64,000 bases of DNA. Origin: Epiperipatus broadwayi (Eukaryota; Animalia; Onychophora). Below, piece after piece: positions 13,485 through 26,119 of this stretch (position 1 is the first letter of the stretch; every line of letters starts with the position of its first letter). The notes under the pieces were generated by a model. It was not told where the DNA came from. It did not search any database and saw only the letters and a program-made list of their open reading frames with translations. The stretch is taken from assembly GCA_028023455.1 (NCBI GenBank), contig JAQFVV010000005.1, forward strand, positions 8,742,001 to 8,806,000. The letters run 5' to 3'. The translations under genes were made by a program, and so were the position numbers.

Positions 13485-14048
13485 TTAACCTTTCCGAAAT
13501 CTCTACGCATTCACCCGTCAGCAAGAATTTTAAAAACACAAGTGAATCACTTGTGTGATATATGAACTAAATTTGTACAATTCAATTGTCAACTATAATA
13601 TCATGCACATGACAGATTCAAGCACGGAAATAAACATGGTCAGCAAGAATTAGCTTATATATGAATATGCTTTAAATACAACTGACATTTGTGTTTCTAA
13701 AATTCTTGCCAATGGATGAGTGCATGAAGCTATATATATTAATTAATAGCGCATGTTGGAAATGTTAATTTTTACAGTATCAATAAATATATATTCAGCA
13801 CTTATTTATGAAATTACATATATCAAAATTAATATCTGTATAATTAAAAATGAAATATCATTTCTCTGTGATATATGATCTAAATTTATACAATTCAGTT
13901 GTCAATTATATCAGGCACACAATAAGTTCAAGCCCTGAGATAAGACACTCTAAACACAAGTAATTCCTTTATGTTTTTAAAATTCTTGCTGATGGGTAAG
14001 TGCATGGAGATTTATACATTAAAGAATAGCGCATGTCAGAGAGGTTAG
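13485..14048. mobile_element. MITE with long imperfect TIRs, piggyBac-like ends
   Basis: TTAA|CCTTTCCGA...CACCCGTCAGCAAGAATTTTAAAAACAC at the left end; reverse complement GTTTTTAAAATTCTTGCTGATGGG...TCAGAGAGG|TTAG at the right end; internal duplication. Confidence 0.6.
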
Positions 14049-14858
14049 TTTTCTTCTGCATTTTTAAATTTGTATATAGTACATTGTAAAGAAGTACTGT
14101 ATTGACATCCTATATACATTATTATATTACTTATTTTTAAATATGTAATAGATTCAGAAACTCAATTGTTAGTCCACAGCATATAGCAGAAAAACTATGA
14201 TTGCATGAACTACCTGGGAGATATAAGAAAGATACAAAAGAAAATACCACCATGTTGTAAAACATAGAATGAAAGTCTCAAATACTTGATCTTATAAATT
14301 TAACCATTTTAATTGTCTTGAGAATTTGTAACAGTAAAACATCTCCAAAGATTGAAAAAAATTTGAAATCAAATACTTTCAATATGACAAATTGTATCTA
14401 AAACTAATGCAGAAAAGAAGTAGTCATACCTGCAATTAAATTTGTTTATATCTTCATTTTGGAAGAAGGTATCTTCATATTCAGAATTATGAAATTAATA
14501 TAATTAATAGAAGAAATATCATAACTAACTGATACTATATCAGTAAGATCTTGAGCTGTACATGTTTACACACTCAAATATCACATTACCTTTATAAGTA
14601 ATGCTTTACAAAACTTTTAATATTATAAACATTAAAGATCTTTATTCCAATCGTTTTTTTTTTTATTGGTTTATATAATTTCTGCAACTAATTCATTAAC
14701 AATCTTCATCAGAGAAATTAAAAAAGAAGTTTTAGATTTTTTTTAAAATTTACTTAAAGACATTTCATAATAAAGGCAAAACTATCCATTTAGTAATATC
14801 ACCCAGTGCAAAACAAGGTTTGTGCATAAAATCTTATCTAGTGTCTACTCATCCAATA

Positions 14859-14902
14859 TCCCCAGACTATAGTATCTAGCTTGTGGCTTTCATCAATGAG
14901 GA
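14859..14902 (-). ncRNA. Type I hammerhead motif B1 (degenerate)
   Basis: Reverse complement: TCCTCA TTGATGA A-AGC-CACAA-GCT-A GATA CTATAG TC TGGGGA. Stem III palindrome is ACTATAGT; core changes C3>U and A14>U. Confidence 0.7.
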
Positions 14903-15285
14903 GGCTTGGATCTGAGACTATCTAGATCTTAGGATAGAAGCAGCCACCTTTTACCATTTTATTTCAACTATAAAGTTATGAGTCCAAAGTGAAAACAATG
15001 TTTTCAATTCAAGCTCATTCATTTTTGTAGTCTTGGATCTGAATTCAGTACAGAATTTATAAATTTTGTGTCTTTGGTTCTCTAATAACCATAATCACCA
15101 TCATCTTATTGAATAGGAGTGCTATTAAAGCATTAAACATCCTATGATCACTATTTCCTATACTTGTACAAGTTGTTAAAACAGATAAAATTCTCCATAC
15201 AGTAGTGCCATCCCATGCAAGCAGAGTAATCAATGGATGCAATAAGATTTGTGCATAAAATCTCTATCTAGTACCTACTCCCATA

Positions 15286-15325
15286 TCCAGACTAGTTTTT
15301 AGCTTGAGGCTTTCATCAGTGAAGA
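15286..15325 (-). ncRNA. Type I hammerhead motif B2 (degenerate)
   Basis: Reverse complement: TCTTCA CTGATGA A-AGC-CTCAA-GCT-A AAAA CTAG TC TGGA. G12>A and a shortened stem I. Confidence 0.65.
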
Positions 15326-16599
15326 GCCTTGGATCTGAGCACTGCATTTACATCTTAGGATCTACTGCAATCCTCCAGAAGCCACCTTTTTACTTAGCTA
15401 TAAAGCTATGAGTTCAAAATGAAAACAATGTTTTCTGTTCGAACTCATTCACTTGTATAGTTTTCTTAAAGAGTAGGGTTAATCATTAAAAAGATTTGAA
15501 GCCCAGGATCTACTAACAATCTGATGTCAAATCCCTTTACTATTATGTGGATCAAGAGATAATTCTGAATGCTTTTGGGTTGGACTTTTATTGAACACCA
15601 CATTTGATTATCTCTTTTATATATAATTTAGTATTTCTACCATCATATGATCACCTATTTCTTATGCTTACATAAACTGATAATAACAGCAAGTTTATAC
15701 TGTTATTAACTGTAGCCGTATACAGTTAATATAATGTTTTACATACATAAATATCATTACCTGCATAGGTAATCTTTACATAAATTTTCAATATTAGAAA
15801 CACTAAAGATCTTTTCTCCATTTTTTTATTGGTTTATATAATTGGATGAATAGGCACTAGATAAGGATTTTATACACATCTTGCATTCATTGATGCCTAA
15901 GGCTTGCACTGATGGCACTATACTGTTATCCCTACCACTATTTGGATTTTTTGTAGTACCCCATAAAGCTCCAAGCTAATGTTTTGAAATTCCCATGTTC
16001 TCATCTGAACACTTTTGGATCTATATGGATTTTTATTAATTTCTTTTTCCATCTTAGGTATGAATTTTGAAATGTGAATTTGATAGATTAAGTTTGTCTG
16101 GTTTTTCTTTCTGTTCTTATTGCAAAATTCCTATGGTAAGATTATTTAGCAGTTTGGCTACCTCTGATTTTGGATCATTTGGCCACATTCAATTGCTATT
16201 TTTGTCTAAGCATTCCGTTGTTTCAAGCCTCTAGTTATCCTCATGAATAGAAATTGTTCCATGAAATAAATGGATAACAATATACAATACAAGATAGGTG
16301 ATATGTAGTTATAATTATTTTCTTTGAGCATGATCTATTATCTTCCATGTCCATTTATAATTAATGTGAAATATAACTAAAAAAATATTGCACCAATCTT
16401 GATGAATCTTGCATGTTTCTTTTTTTATTTAGAATATTATAGGCTATGAATTTTTGTTAAGGTACTTAATTATTTTAAAAGCTTTGGTAATTTGTAATGA
16501 TGTCATAAAAGAGGGTAGCACTGATTGATGTTGTAAACTGCAGCCACATATTTAATTTCTCACTTGCAAGTGGAGCATGAAAAAAGTGTGTTTGCGATA

Positions 16600-17255
16600 A
16601 TGCTGTTGATATAACTCATGGATTATTATTTGCAATATGAAAATTCATGAAAATCATAATCATTTGAGGGAAATTTGTTAGTATACAAGCTTCAGGAACA
16701 GCACTGTCATTTACCATGAGACTACTGAATTTGATCAAGATTTATTTTAAATAAATTTCTTATATAAACTAAGATTTAAAATGGTTTGGAAATTTTAACA
16801 AGGGATTATGATACAAACAAAATTTAATTAATCTACTTCCAGAGAAATAAAAAGTGAAGTAAAATTTTATTGCTTAAATATATCTTAAATTAATTACATT
16901 TCATTTGGATCAAGTATTTAAGTTTTCATTTACAAGTGGAACTTGAAAAAAAATATCATTTTCAAATTTCTTAATAAAAAGTAACATTTTTTGTGATACT
17001 GCTGTTGATAATTCATGTATTATTATTTGCAATATAAAAATGCATAGAAATCCTAATTATTCATAGGGAAATATATAAATAGATATATTGGGGATGCAGC
17101 ATTATCATTTACGACCAGTTTAGACTGCTCAATTTGATCAACTTTTAGGATTCATTTTAAATAGATTTCTCTCATGATAAAGTAAGTTTTAAAATGGCTC
17201 AAAAATTTTAACATTGTGGGTATGAAACAAACGAAATTTAATTAATTTATCTATT
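16600..17255. repeat. Diverged tandem duplication, period about 399 bp
   Basis: TGCTGTTGATA starts at 16601 and 17000 and is followed by shared ATTATTATTTGCAATAT, AATTTGATCAA and TTTAAAATGG..AAATTTTAACA blocks. Confidence 0.8.
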
Positions 17256-17734
17256 TCTTAAAGAATGTTAAAATTTAAACTATTCAAATTAAAAGCATTT
17301 TATTTACATGCAACATTCTTTATAAAAATGTGTTACAATAATTATTTTTAATTGCGGTTGATAACGTATATATTATTACTTCATATAAATGTTATTTAAA
17401 TATATTTTGTCAAGTAAAGTATATTCTTTTAAGATTTGCAGTCAACAAGCAAAGAATTCAGGAATATTATACATTTATCATTAATCTATATCTATTATAT
17501 ATATAAATTTGAAACACCAATCACAATGAATCTTGCATGATTTTCTTTAAAAAATTTGATTATTTTCTACTGATATGAGCAAAATCAGAGGGGACAGTTT
17601 GTGTATATATATATATTGAAATGAACAATCTATTATTATTAAAAAATATTTTTTTTCTAAGCATCAAAGTAATATGGAAATTTGTTTTTTAAAAAAGAAC
17701 TAAAATGAGATTCAAAAAGGAACTAAATTTTATA

Positions 17735-18625
17735 TATGAGGGAGACCCAAAAATAACTGGAATCATTCTTTGGTTTGTGCACCTGTTGTAGTATATACTT
17801 CTGATGTTACATACTTTTTACAGGAATCTTCATGCATCAATCTGCCAAATGACATTGCTGTCTGAAATCATAGTGCCACGTAACACTTTTTTTTAAAGTT
17901 TGTTTTGTGTATTTGGTGATTTTTTTCAATGACTGAAAAGTTTGAACAATGCCAAATTCTGTTTCGGTTTACAGAAAACAGCAGCGACAACAGTTGTAAT
18001 GCTTAGAACAAATTATAAGCAAGCTGATCTCATAAAAGCACAAGTTTATGAGTGGTTTAATTGAAATGTTAAATTCACTACATCCCTGAGAAACATGGCA
18101 AGTGAAGTCCAAAGTCAAAACAATGTTGATTTTTTTATGTAAACATTTTTCTCTCAGATTTAGGTTATAATGGTCAGGCATTTTATCTGCAAGTTCTGAA
18201 ACCTTTATATGATGTGTTAAAATATAAACATCCCGTTTTATGACAAAATGAAGAGCTTCACCCTGACAAAATGTCATCTCTTGAAGCCTTGAGTGAGAAA
18301 GCACTTTGAATTAAATTCAGCATGAACCAGCTTACTTATCAATCAAATTCACTTGATCTCACTTTGTACAATTTTTTTTATTTTCTTGAAAAAATGCCTC
18401 AAAATTTTTTTTGTGGACTTAGAAATGGTAAAAACATGCTGCAGGCATTAAAGGCGTAACTTTGAAAGTGTTTCTGGATTACTTTGAAAAATGACAAACA
18501 CATTTAGATTGTACTGCATCAAATAGACAGTAATTTTAAAGAGATTAAATTTATAATCTTACTTAAAAATAAATAAACAATTTTTTTATTATAAAATTCA
18601 AGTTACTTTTGGGTACCCTTTCATA
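17735..18625 (+). mobile_element. Internally deleted mariner DNA transposon
   Basis: TA-flanked TIRs TGAGGGAGACCCAAAAATAACTGGAAT and ATTCAAGTTACTTTTGGGTACCCTTTCA. Relic peptides KTAATTVVMLRTNYKQADLIKAQVYEWF (HTH), KSKVKTMLIF and QAFYLQVLKPL. Confidence 0.85.
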
Positions 18626-19999
18626 AAATCAAAATTTTCTTTTCATAATTACACTGGGATATTATTGCATTCAAACCTCACTGGGCCTCACTATGCATTG
18701 TGTATAAAAAGGAAGAACATTAGCAACAGCCAGTCTAGCCTGAGATTACTTCAAATAACTGCAATGAAAATGCAGAACAATACTCATTTCAAATAGCAGA
18801 GATGGAACTTATGGAAGCTTTTTACAATTCCGTTTGTAAGTTTTATATTTGAAAGACTATTTTAATTTTATCCTAACTGTTGAGTTTATATGTAACATTT
18901 GCATCCTGGATATTATGTCTAAAAATTGTTCATTTAAAAAGGGGGAGGAGATTTGCTCTGTAAATAATATTGCAAGAACTTTTTAATTATATGTAATTAT
19001 ATATTACTATATACAAATTATTACTTTAAAAAGAACGAGTAAGAAATAAGGATAAAATATAATATGCAATGTTCGTGCATGAATTGTCCTAGTTTTAAAT
19101 AATTGTAGTTAATAATGTAATTATATTCATCATGTCCAATCATTCATAGTTGGCTTTATATTTGATTACTGAAAATTAGATTTATGTAGATGAATTTATA
19201 CATATGTAGATATTTGTTGACTGTTAAATAGTTATGTATATTCACATCCACATGGGAGAATACATTCCTACTAGTTTTTATGAATTAGGAATCAATATTA
19301 GAGTGAGCCACTCTGTATATATTGTAGTTTTATACATTAAAATTATGACCTAAAAAGCCACACTCATAGTTATAGTTATATAAAGATGTTTTATTGAATT
19401 AGAATAGGACCAAAAGGCCACTCCTATGGCAGTTGTACTTCATTTCATTAAGATTAGGATCTAAAAAAGTCTCTTCCTCATAATTATTGTTATAAAGATG
19501 GTTTTGATGTCTATTCCTTATAGAATATACATATATATAAATATATGAGTCAAAAAAATATTTCATATTTATGGGTTCATACATGCATAAAGTTGTATTT
19601 TTAAGTTTATTACAGTCAGAGTTTGATGTACGATGAATGTACTTCATTATCTATAAATATATTAATACTAATGTAAATGAAGATTGAAAATGACTTAATA
19701 CGGAAACCTTGGGCATTTGCAATAATTGTTTGTCTGTTTACATATAGGAGAAGGCAATAATGTATAAAGATAAAAGAATTTTGTTAATAGAAAATAAATT
19801 GTATATTAATTAATAATTATATTTTATGTTTAAACTATTGTTATATAATTTGTTAACTTCCTTAAATATAAGATGATGTGATCTACCCTCATTCGTTGGA
19901 AATAACTTGTGTTCTACTGTAATCTATCATGGCATTACAAATAGGTATTGTATTTGATGGTCATCATTATTCTGTGAAATAAAATATTGTTTTAAATAT

Positions 20000-20870
20000 G
20001 CATGTGTTGATTTATTTCTTTATATTTAAAACCAGGTGGGGCCCATATAAAGAGACAATACAAGAAGTGGGATGGTTAAGTTTTTATACGAGAGAGATAA
20101 AAACCAAAATGAAAATGTTTGGTAGATTTCAATTTATGGATATTGAGCGAATAGCCAAAGTAGTATTTAATCGGGTTACAAGTAAAGGACAGGCAACAAG
20201 ATGGGTGAGAAAGATAGTACAATATGCAGAAAGATTTGGATAAAGATTTTTATGTCAGTATACTTATACAAAAGTTGGGATGATTGTGTTAGGGGATTAT
20301 TGAATGTTATAGTGGCAAAGAATGGAATAGAAAAATAGATGCATTAATAAAAATAGGCATTCTGGAGAGATGGAGTACGAGTATGGAGAGTAAAAAGAGT
20401 TTAAATATATATAGAAGTATATCGAATATTGGGTGTGAGTTTATTTACAATAATAGCAAGGAAAGTAGTTTACTGTTTAAGGTTCGAATAGGATAATTAG
20501 CAACCAGGGAATATACACAAATTGAGAAATGTGGGTGATTTAATCTGCAAGTTATGTAAGGAGGGCATTAGTAGAATATTAGGCACCTGCTAATTGAATG
20601 TAAATGACTACAAGCAGAAAGGGTACAAATAATGAAGTTGTGGAAGAATAAATATAAACAATGATTATACAGAAAGTGGGTTCTTGGTTTTTATGCTGGT
20701 TTTGGAAAAACATAAGGAGGATTTAGATATAAAGATCATAGAGTGCGCAAAGATGATGTGGAAATGGAGTGGAGCAGGATAGAGAATATAGGAAAAATTT
20801 AGGGTGGGGAATGGAAAAAGAAATTAAGGTGGCTAACAGATTTATCTGGGTATGGTGACTTAGCGATTCC
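20000..20870 (+). mobile_element. Decayed non-LTR retrotransposon 3' end (post-RT region plus CCHC zinc knuckle)
   Basis: ORF 19998-20243 (KMFGRFQFMDIERIAKVVF..TRWVRK), then WSTSMESKKSLNIYR..EFIYNNSKESSLLFKVRIG..CKLCKEG..HLLIEC with stops. Clade not determined. Confidence 0.75.
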
Positions 20871-21038
20871 TGACATTGATAAAGAAGTAGCCATATGACA
20901 TCACATCAAATAGAAAAAATGTAAATAGTTGAAACATGTTAGTCCAACCATTGTAATCTATATACATAGAAACACTGATTTTAATTAAACTGTTTAAGAG
21001 TAGTAATTAATTTATTGAGTGCACAGAAAGCATATGCA

Positions 21039-21270
21039 AATAGTTTGAACAAGCATTAACCTGTATTCAATGCACTTTAAAACTTGTAATAATCAAGCAT
21101 ATTTTTGCTGACCGATTCACCTATATAAGTGGAAATTTGGATCAAAGATAAGATGACCATGTCACTATCTTGTGTTGTGATTTGGAAGATCCTTCTGTCG
21201 GAAAAAATATGCTTGATTATTAAGAGTTTTAAAGTTCATTGAATACAGGTTAATGCTTGTTCAAACTATT
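21039..21270. repeat. Near-perfect inverted repeat (about 75-bp arms), MITE or hairpin
   Basis: AATAGTTTGAACAAGCATTAACCTGTATTCAATG (21039-21072) has its exact reverse complement ending at 21270. The arms continue with few mismatches around an approximately 80-bp core. Confidence 0.9.
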
Positions 21271-22439
21271 AAAACTGTTTAAGGATGTTTTTATATCAAC
21301 ATTTACTGGAGTAATATTCTATCAATATCACTTCCCTAAAATAATCTTCATAACCACCTGAAGCCACCAAATAATAATGCCAGTAGGTTCACAGAATATT
21401 TTTAGACTACCAAATTTTATCAGCTTGATATATTGTTTCTTACATATCCTCTCAGCAGCCATCTTGAATTTTATTATCCAAATAAAAAATTTATTCAAAC
21501 AAGTATTTGAATGCAAGCCATGATAGCACTTTTACTAAATTACTCATTGAAATATATATTTGTCATTCTAAAGACATACATTTATAGCTAAGCAAATATT
21601 GTCTGAGATTCTAAGCCTTTGTTTATTAAAATTTTTGACATTTGTTTGAATAGCGTAATAAAAGTAATGACAGCTGCTGGACTGATATATGAATCCATAA
21701 CTCTTTCTTAAGCAATATCATTACCTTAAAATCAGTTTTGACATCTGATGCATCATACCATACTATTTTTTCATGTTTATTATTTTCTTATACTTAAGAA
21801 TGATATTAAGCCTTTTATTGCTCCTTAGACATTATAAACAAATTGCCAAATAGAAATAATATATCATTAAATGAATGATTTTTATATTAAGTGCTTTTAT
21901 TTTATTTTACTAAGTAAGATGCACTCCCACTGAATATAATTTAGTTAATTTCCTGTCCTCAATTCCTATAAATTTTTTACCAATGAGGATGATTTATTTT
22001 TAATTAAATTCAAATGGCTCATGATTCTAATTTCTATTTTCAGAATAAATACTGAACTCACAATGAAGTTTTAATTTTTTCTGCTGAAAGTGATTTCTGC
22101 TATAGCTGATGAATTACAGTTATCTATATTATTTACATCTTCGATCTCATAAAAGAGTTTTGCATGGTTTAATGCTGATATAAAATTCAAGCTTTGGAGT
22201 CTAAAGATCATAGATTGTGTCCCAATCTTTTATTTTCAATTATTACTTTTGTTTTTTTACAAACTTAAACAATGTAATTATTTTTTTATAGATAAAAGTC
22301 TAAATCTTTTACAAATCCTCTATTCAAGAAATTATTAACTATCATTTTATTCAGTCCATGACATTTTCTGAAAGCAATATCTAGTTCATATAGTTGTTAT
22401 ATGATATATTTTGGCTATGTAAAACCTCTGAAAGCTTGA

Positions 22440-24150
22440 ATCTAATCATGGCTCCAATAAGAATTTGATTAAAATTGTCTAGGAAACTGTCAACATATTT
22501 GGCGGGCTTTAATGTTTTATGGATTTCAACAAATTAAAACCTGATTACATGCAACTATTTGGATATTATAAATATAATCTATAGTAGTTCATCCTTCTGA
22601 ACTACATTGATGAAGCCACAGAGCTGCTGAACTCATTTTAATCCAAAACCTTTGATTATAATCTGCACAGTCAAAGGGATTATGAGAACTAATTATAAAT
22701 TTGCTCAAGAGGATGGCTTTGAATTGCAATTTCAAAATGTTTCTCATTGTAATTGTGAAAGACTAATTCATGTATAGTGTAAAAGATGATAAACTTTTGG
22801 TCATGTTACTATGGATCCCATTAAGTCATACAAATCTTCAATTTCATAGACAGCTCAGGAGACAAAATGACTAATCAGACTACTTCCTTGTTCAAGGAAC
22901 AAATTTTAGATCATAAATGATAATTGAATAAGACAAGGAAACAGCCATCAAATTGCAACAAAATTGTTACAATTATAACAAAACTTACACAACCTTCAAA
23001 TAATCTCATGTGAATAGTATTTGTTATTGCATTGGTCATAAAAGCTCTCTATCTACCAAAAAAGAAGCTGACAAATAGTTTGTGTCATAAAAACTAAGCT
23101 AAAGTTGTTTAAAAAAGAGCTGGACACAAACACTATTAAAGAGTAAAATGAAGCACCAGCCTTTAAACTACCATTTGTGTACTTTCAAAACCATGGAGAT
23201 TGATTCTGCTCAATAGTCTCCATTGCTTCAAAAACTGTTGGCAGAGAGAGATAGAAAATTTCAGAATTTATCTACAATTACTAGAGCAAACTAAGCACAC
23301 TGTAAGTAGTGTAAATTAAAGTTTAGATAAGTTCTAAACAAACAGTTCTCTTTGCTAGTATTATGAAAACAAGGTTGCAGTTTATTATGCCATAATTAGT
23401 TTTGACTTTTTGACTATCAGTAATCAATGTGAATCAAGTTTCTACTAGTATAACAAATTTAAAAAATATGAGTGGCTTTAAATCTCAGTGAATGGGGAGA
23501 GAAGAAAATAACCACTATAACTGATTTAGATTTTATGTTCAGATTAACAGTAAAACAATAGCTCATTGGCCTACAGTTGACCATGGTTATCAATTAGAAG
23601 AGATATGAATACAGTGGCCAGTTAACACATAAAACTTACCAGGGCTTTTTGGATAAAAAGACAAAAGTTAACAGCAAACATATTTACAAGTATTGTTTTT
23701 TCACTCAAGGATCGCAAGCATGTTATGATTTTATTACATTGGGATCATCCATAATTAGAATGAATATCTGACTAGGTTATATATCTGGTTGCATGATGTA
23801 AATTACATGTAGATCATGTTAGTCCATAGAAAGGCAAACAATTCATTATTCTTGTAGCTGACTTACTTAGATAATTAAAGACAGTAAATATATTATCTTT
23901 CCACATCACAATTACTACTGAGGTACTGAGAAAAATTGCAAACAATATCTTTCTACAATGATTATTTCTGATAATGGAACAATCAATCTAACCAATCTAG
24001 AAACATCTGAGAAATGATGATATCAAGCATTGATTTCAAAATTCGAACAAAAAAGCAATAAGAAGATTAAGGAGTTGAAGAAAGAGATCAAACACTTTTA
24101 GAAATTAGCAGCAGGTGCCATAATTATGTCATAATTTTTCAATTGAAGAT
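22440..24150 (+). mobile_element. Heavily decayed Ty3/Gypsy pol relic
   Basis: Fragments resemble RT-connection/RNase H and the integrase core (HVSP*KGKQFIILVAD...IISDNGT). Many stops and frameshifts. Confidence 0.5.
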
Positions 24151-25029
24151 TATTTATTGAATATCCACAAAGAGAGTATTGATTTGATACAAATCTTAGG
24201 TCATGAAATTGTTTCTTGAGTTACAAGTGGGTCTGATCTATTTATTTTCTGATAATTTGACCAGATTACATCATAAATTCTATAATATAGATTGGTAATA
24301 AAAATGTTAATATTATTTACCTACTCCAGACTCCAGGTGAGTACTTATGTTTATGAAAATGGTTTTACATAGATGGTCTGAGCTATTTTAATTTTTAAAT
24401 TTGTAATATTTCTCTCTTATAAAAATTAAATAAGTAAAAATTTTAAAACCGAGTAAAAGAAACATCTATTTGTAAACCCCAGATCTCCATAGTTATCAAT
24501 TCTTAATTGTTACATTTTTTAAATTTAAAACATTTTTTTTCCTCATTAATATAATATTTTTTTAAAGTGAGTTAAAGAAACTCACTTATTTCTAAGACAA
24601 AATAACTAAATATATTGCATAGAGGACTTTAGAGAACATGATTACAAACCAAATGTTTTTTAGTGTCAGTGAAGTTTTTTTAAGTCTGAGTAAAGAAACT
24701 TAATTATTTATAAGTCTGTAACAATAAATTCTGTCTAGGGATCTCTAGTAAAAAAGATAAACATTGTGAAAATATATTCACAGCTATTTAATTGCATTGT
24801 AATAAACTTTTGTAATATAGGATATATGTTAATTTTTTTATCATAAGTCTGGTAAAGAAATTAGGCAATAAAAAATTATGACTAGTTAATAACACTTCAT
24901 CATTGTCAGTAGCAATTTGCCATTCTCTTATTAAATTTATTTAGCATTTCAATTTTAAAGCTACTTCATACCATTTTATGCAGGAAGGTTTGTGCATAAA
25001 ATCCCTATCTAGTGCCTACTCATCCAATA

Positions 25030-25071
25030 TTCCCAGACTAGTTTCTAGCTTGTGAATTTCATCAATGAGGA
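25030..25071 (-). ncRNA. Type I hammerhead motif B3 (degenerate)
   Basis: Reverse complement: TCCTCA TTGATGA A-ATT-CACAA-GCT-A GAAA CTAG TC TGGGAA. C3>U and stem II is broken. Confidence 0.65.
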
Positions 25072-25459
25072 GCCTTGGATCTGAAAGCAATGCACCTAGA
25101 TCTTAGGATCTAATGCAATCCTCCAACAGCCACTTTTTACTTTTTTAGTTAACTATAAAGTTTTGAGTCCAAAATGAAAACACAATAATGTTTTCAAGTT
25201 AAGCTCATTAGCTTGTATAGTTATATAGATCTGAACTCAGTTCAGAATCCATACTTTTTGGTGCCTTTGATTCTTTAATAACTATAGTCACCAAAATCCT
25301 ATTGGTCAAGATTGGTATTAAACTATCAAACATCACATGATCACCATTATTTATGCTTACACAAACTGTTTTTCACAGAGGCAAAACTCTATACAACTAT
25401 AAAAGCTGGAGGGTTGCATTAGATCCTAAGATCTAGGTGCAGTGCTCTCAGATTTATGC

Positions 25460-25501
25460 TCCTCACTGATGAAAGCTACAATCTAGAAACTAGTCTGGGG
25501 A
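25460..25501 (+). ncRNA. Type I hammerhead motif B4 (core intact)
   Basis: TCCTCA CTGATGA A-AGC-TACAA-TCT-A GAAA CTAG TC TGGGGA. Predicted cleavage after C25495 (GUC); one stem II mismatch. Confidence 0.75.
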
Positions 25502-26119
25502 TATTGGATTATGCACAAAACCTGTGATTACTCTGCCTTGCACTGTGTGGCACTGCTGTATGAAGACATTTGCCTCTGTAAAACATTATTCTTTGTAACA
25601 ATATATCTTTATAAGCATAAAAATTCAAACTATTCTTTTTATTTCTGAATACATGCAGCATAGATTATGATCAAATAATATTAAATGTGTACTCCATATC
25701 AAAGTCTCAAACTGGACTTTGGATATTGTCAAAGATACCATGAAAATAAATTCCAAATTTTTAAATTAGATAGCTAATTAGAATTTTATATACAGATATA
25801 TGAAAATTTACATTTTATATTAGGTAATACAACCTAATAATCTGTTTATTTTGCAAACATGTCTGCAACCATAAACACTGGGAAATAATCTTGCAGTTTA
25901 CTAGTTTCATCTTTGTAGTGAGTATCTCTGATACTAGTATATTTGATAATTCTTCATTAAAAATTTAACCCAAGAGGCCAATAAAAACAATATAATTTGT
26001 ACAGATCAATTAATCAAAGGCAGTGGAGATACCAAAGAATCTTAGTTGGAAGCAACTGTATCTCATATTTTATGAGGATAGTCCCCTCATTTTCAACCCC
26101 AGGTAGTATGAGGTAGGAA

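Larger units (their letters stand above)
14819..15450 (-). mobile_element. Hammerhead-bearing non-coding repeat, family B, tandem 1.5-mer, monomer 429 bp
   Basis: TTTGTGCATAAAATC starts at 14819 and 15248, and each unit has a minus-strand hammerhead. Further fragments at about 15640-15700 and 15840-15925 (the latter in opposite orientation). Confidence 0.8.
24985..25620. mobile_element. Family B hammerhead repeat: near-full monomer (minus, about 24985-25400) joined to an inverted partial copy (plus, about 25405-25620)
   Basis: GCACCTAGATCTTAGGATCTAATGCAATCCTCCA versus TGGAGGGTTGCATTAGATCCTAAGATCTAGGTGC; one hammerhead on each strand. Confidence 0.85.

Noticed and set aside
15057-15242. 61-aa ORF inside the family B monomer
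   Set aside because: The frame is not conserved in the copy at 25140-25400, so it is treated as incidental.
22607-22630. TTGATGAAGCCACAGAGCT, similar to the family B core
   Set aside because: It is not followed by GAAA or a stem III, and it lies within a Gypsy pol relic.
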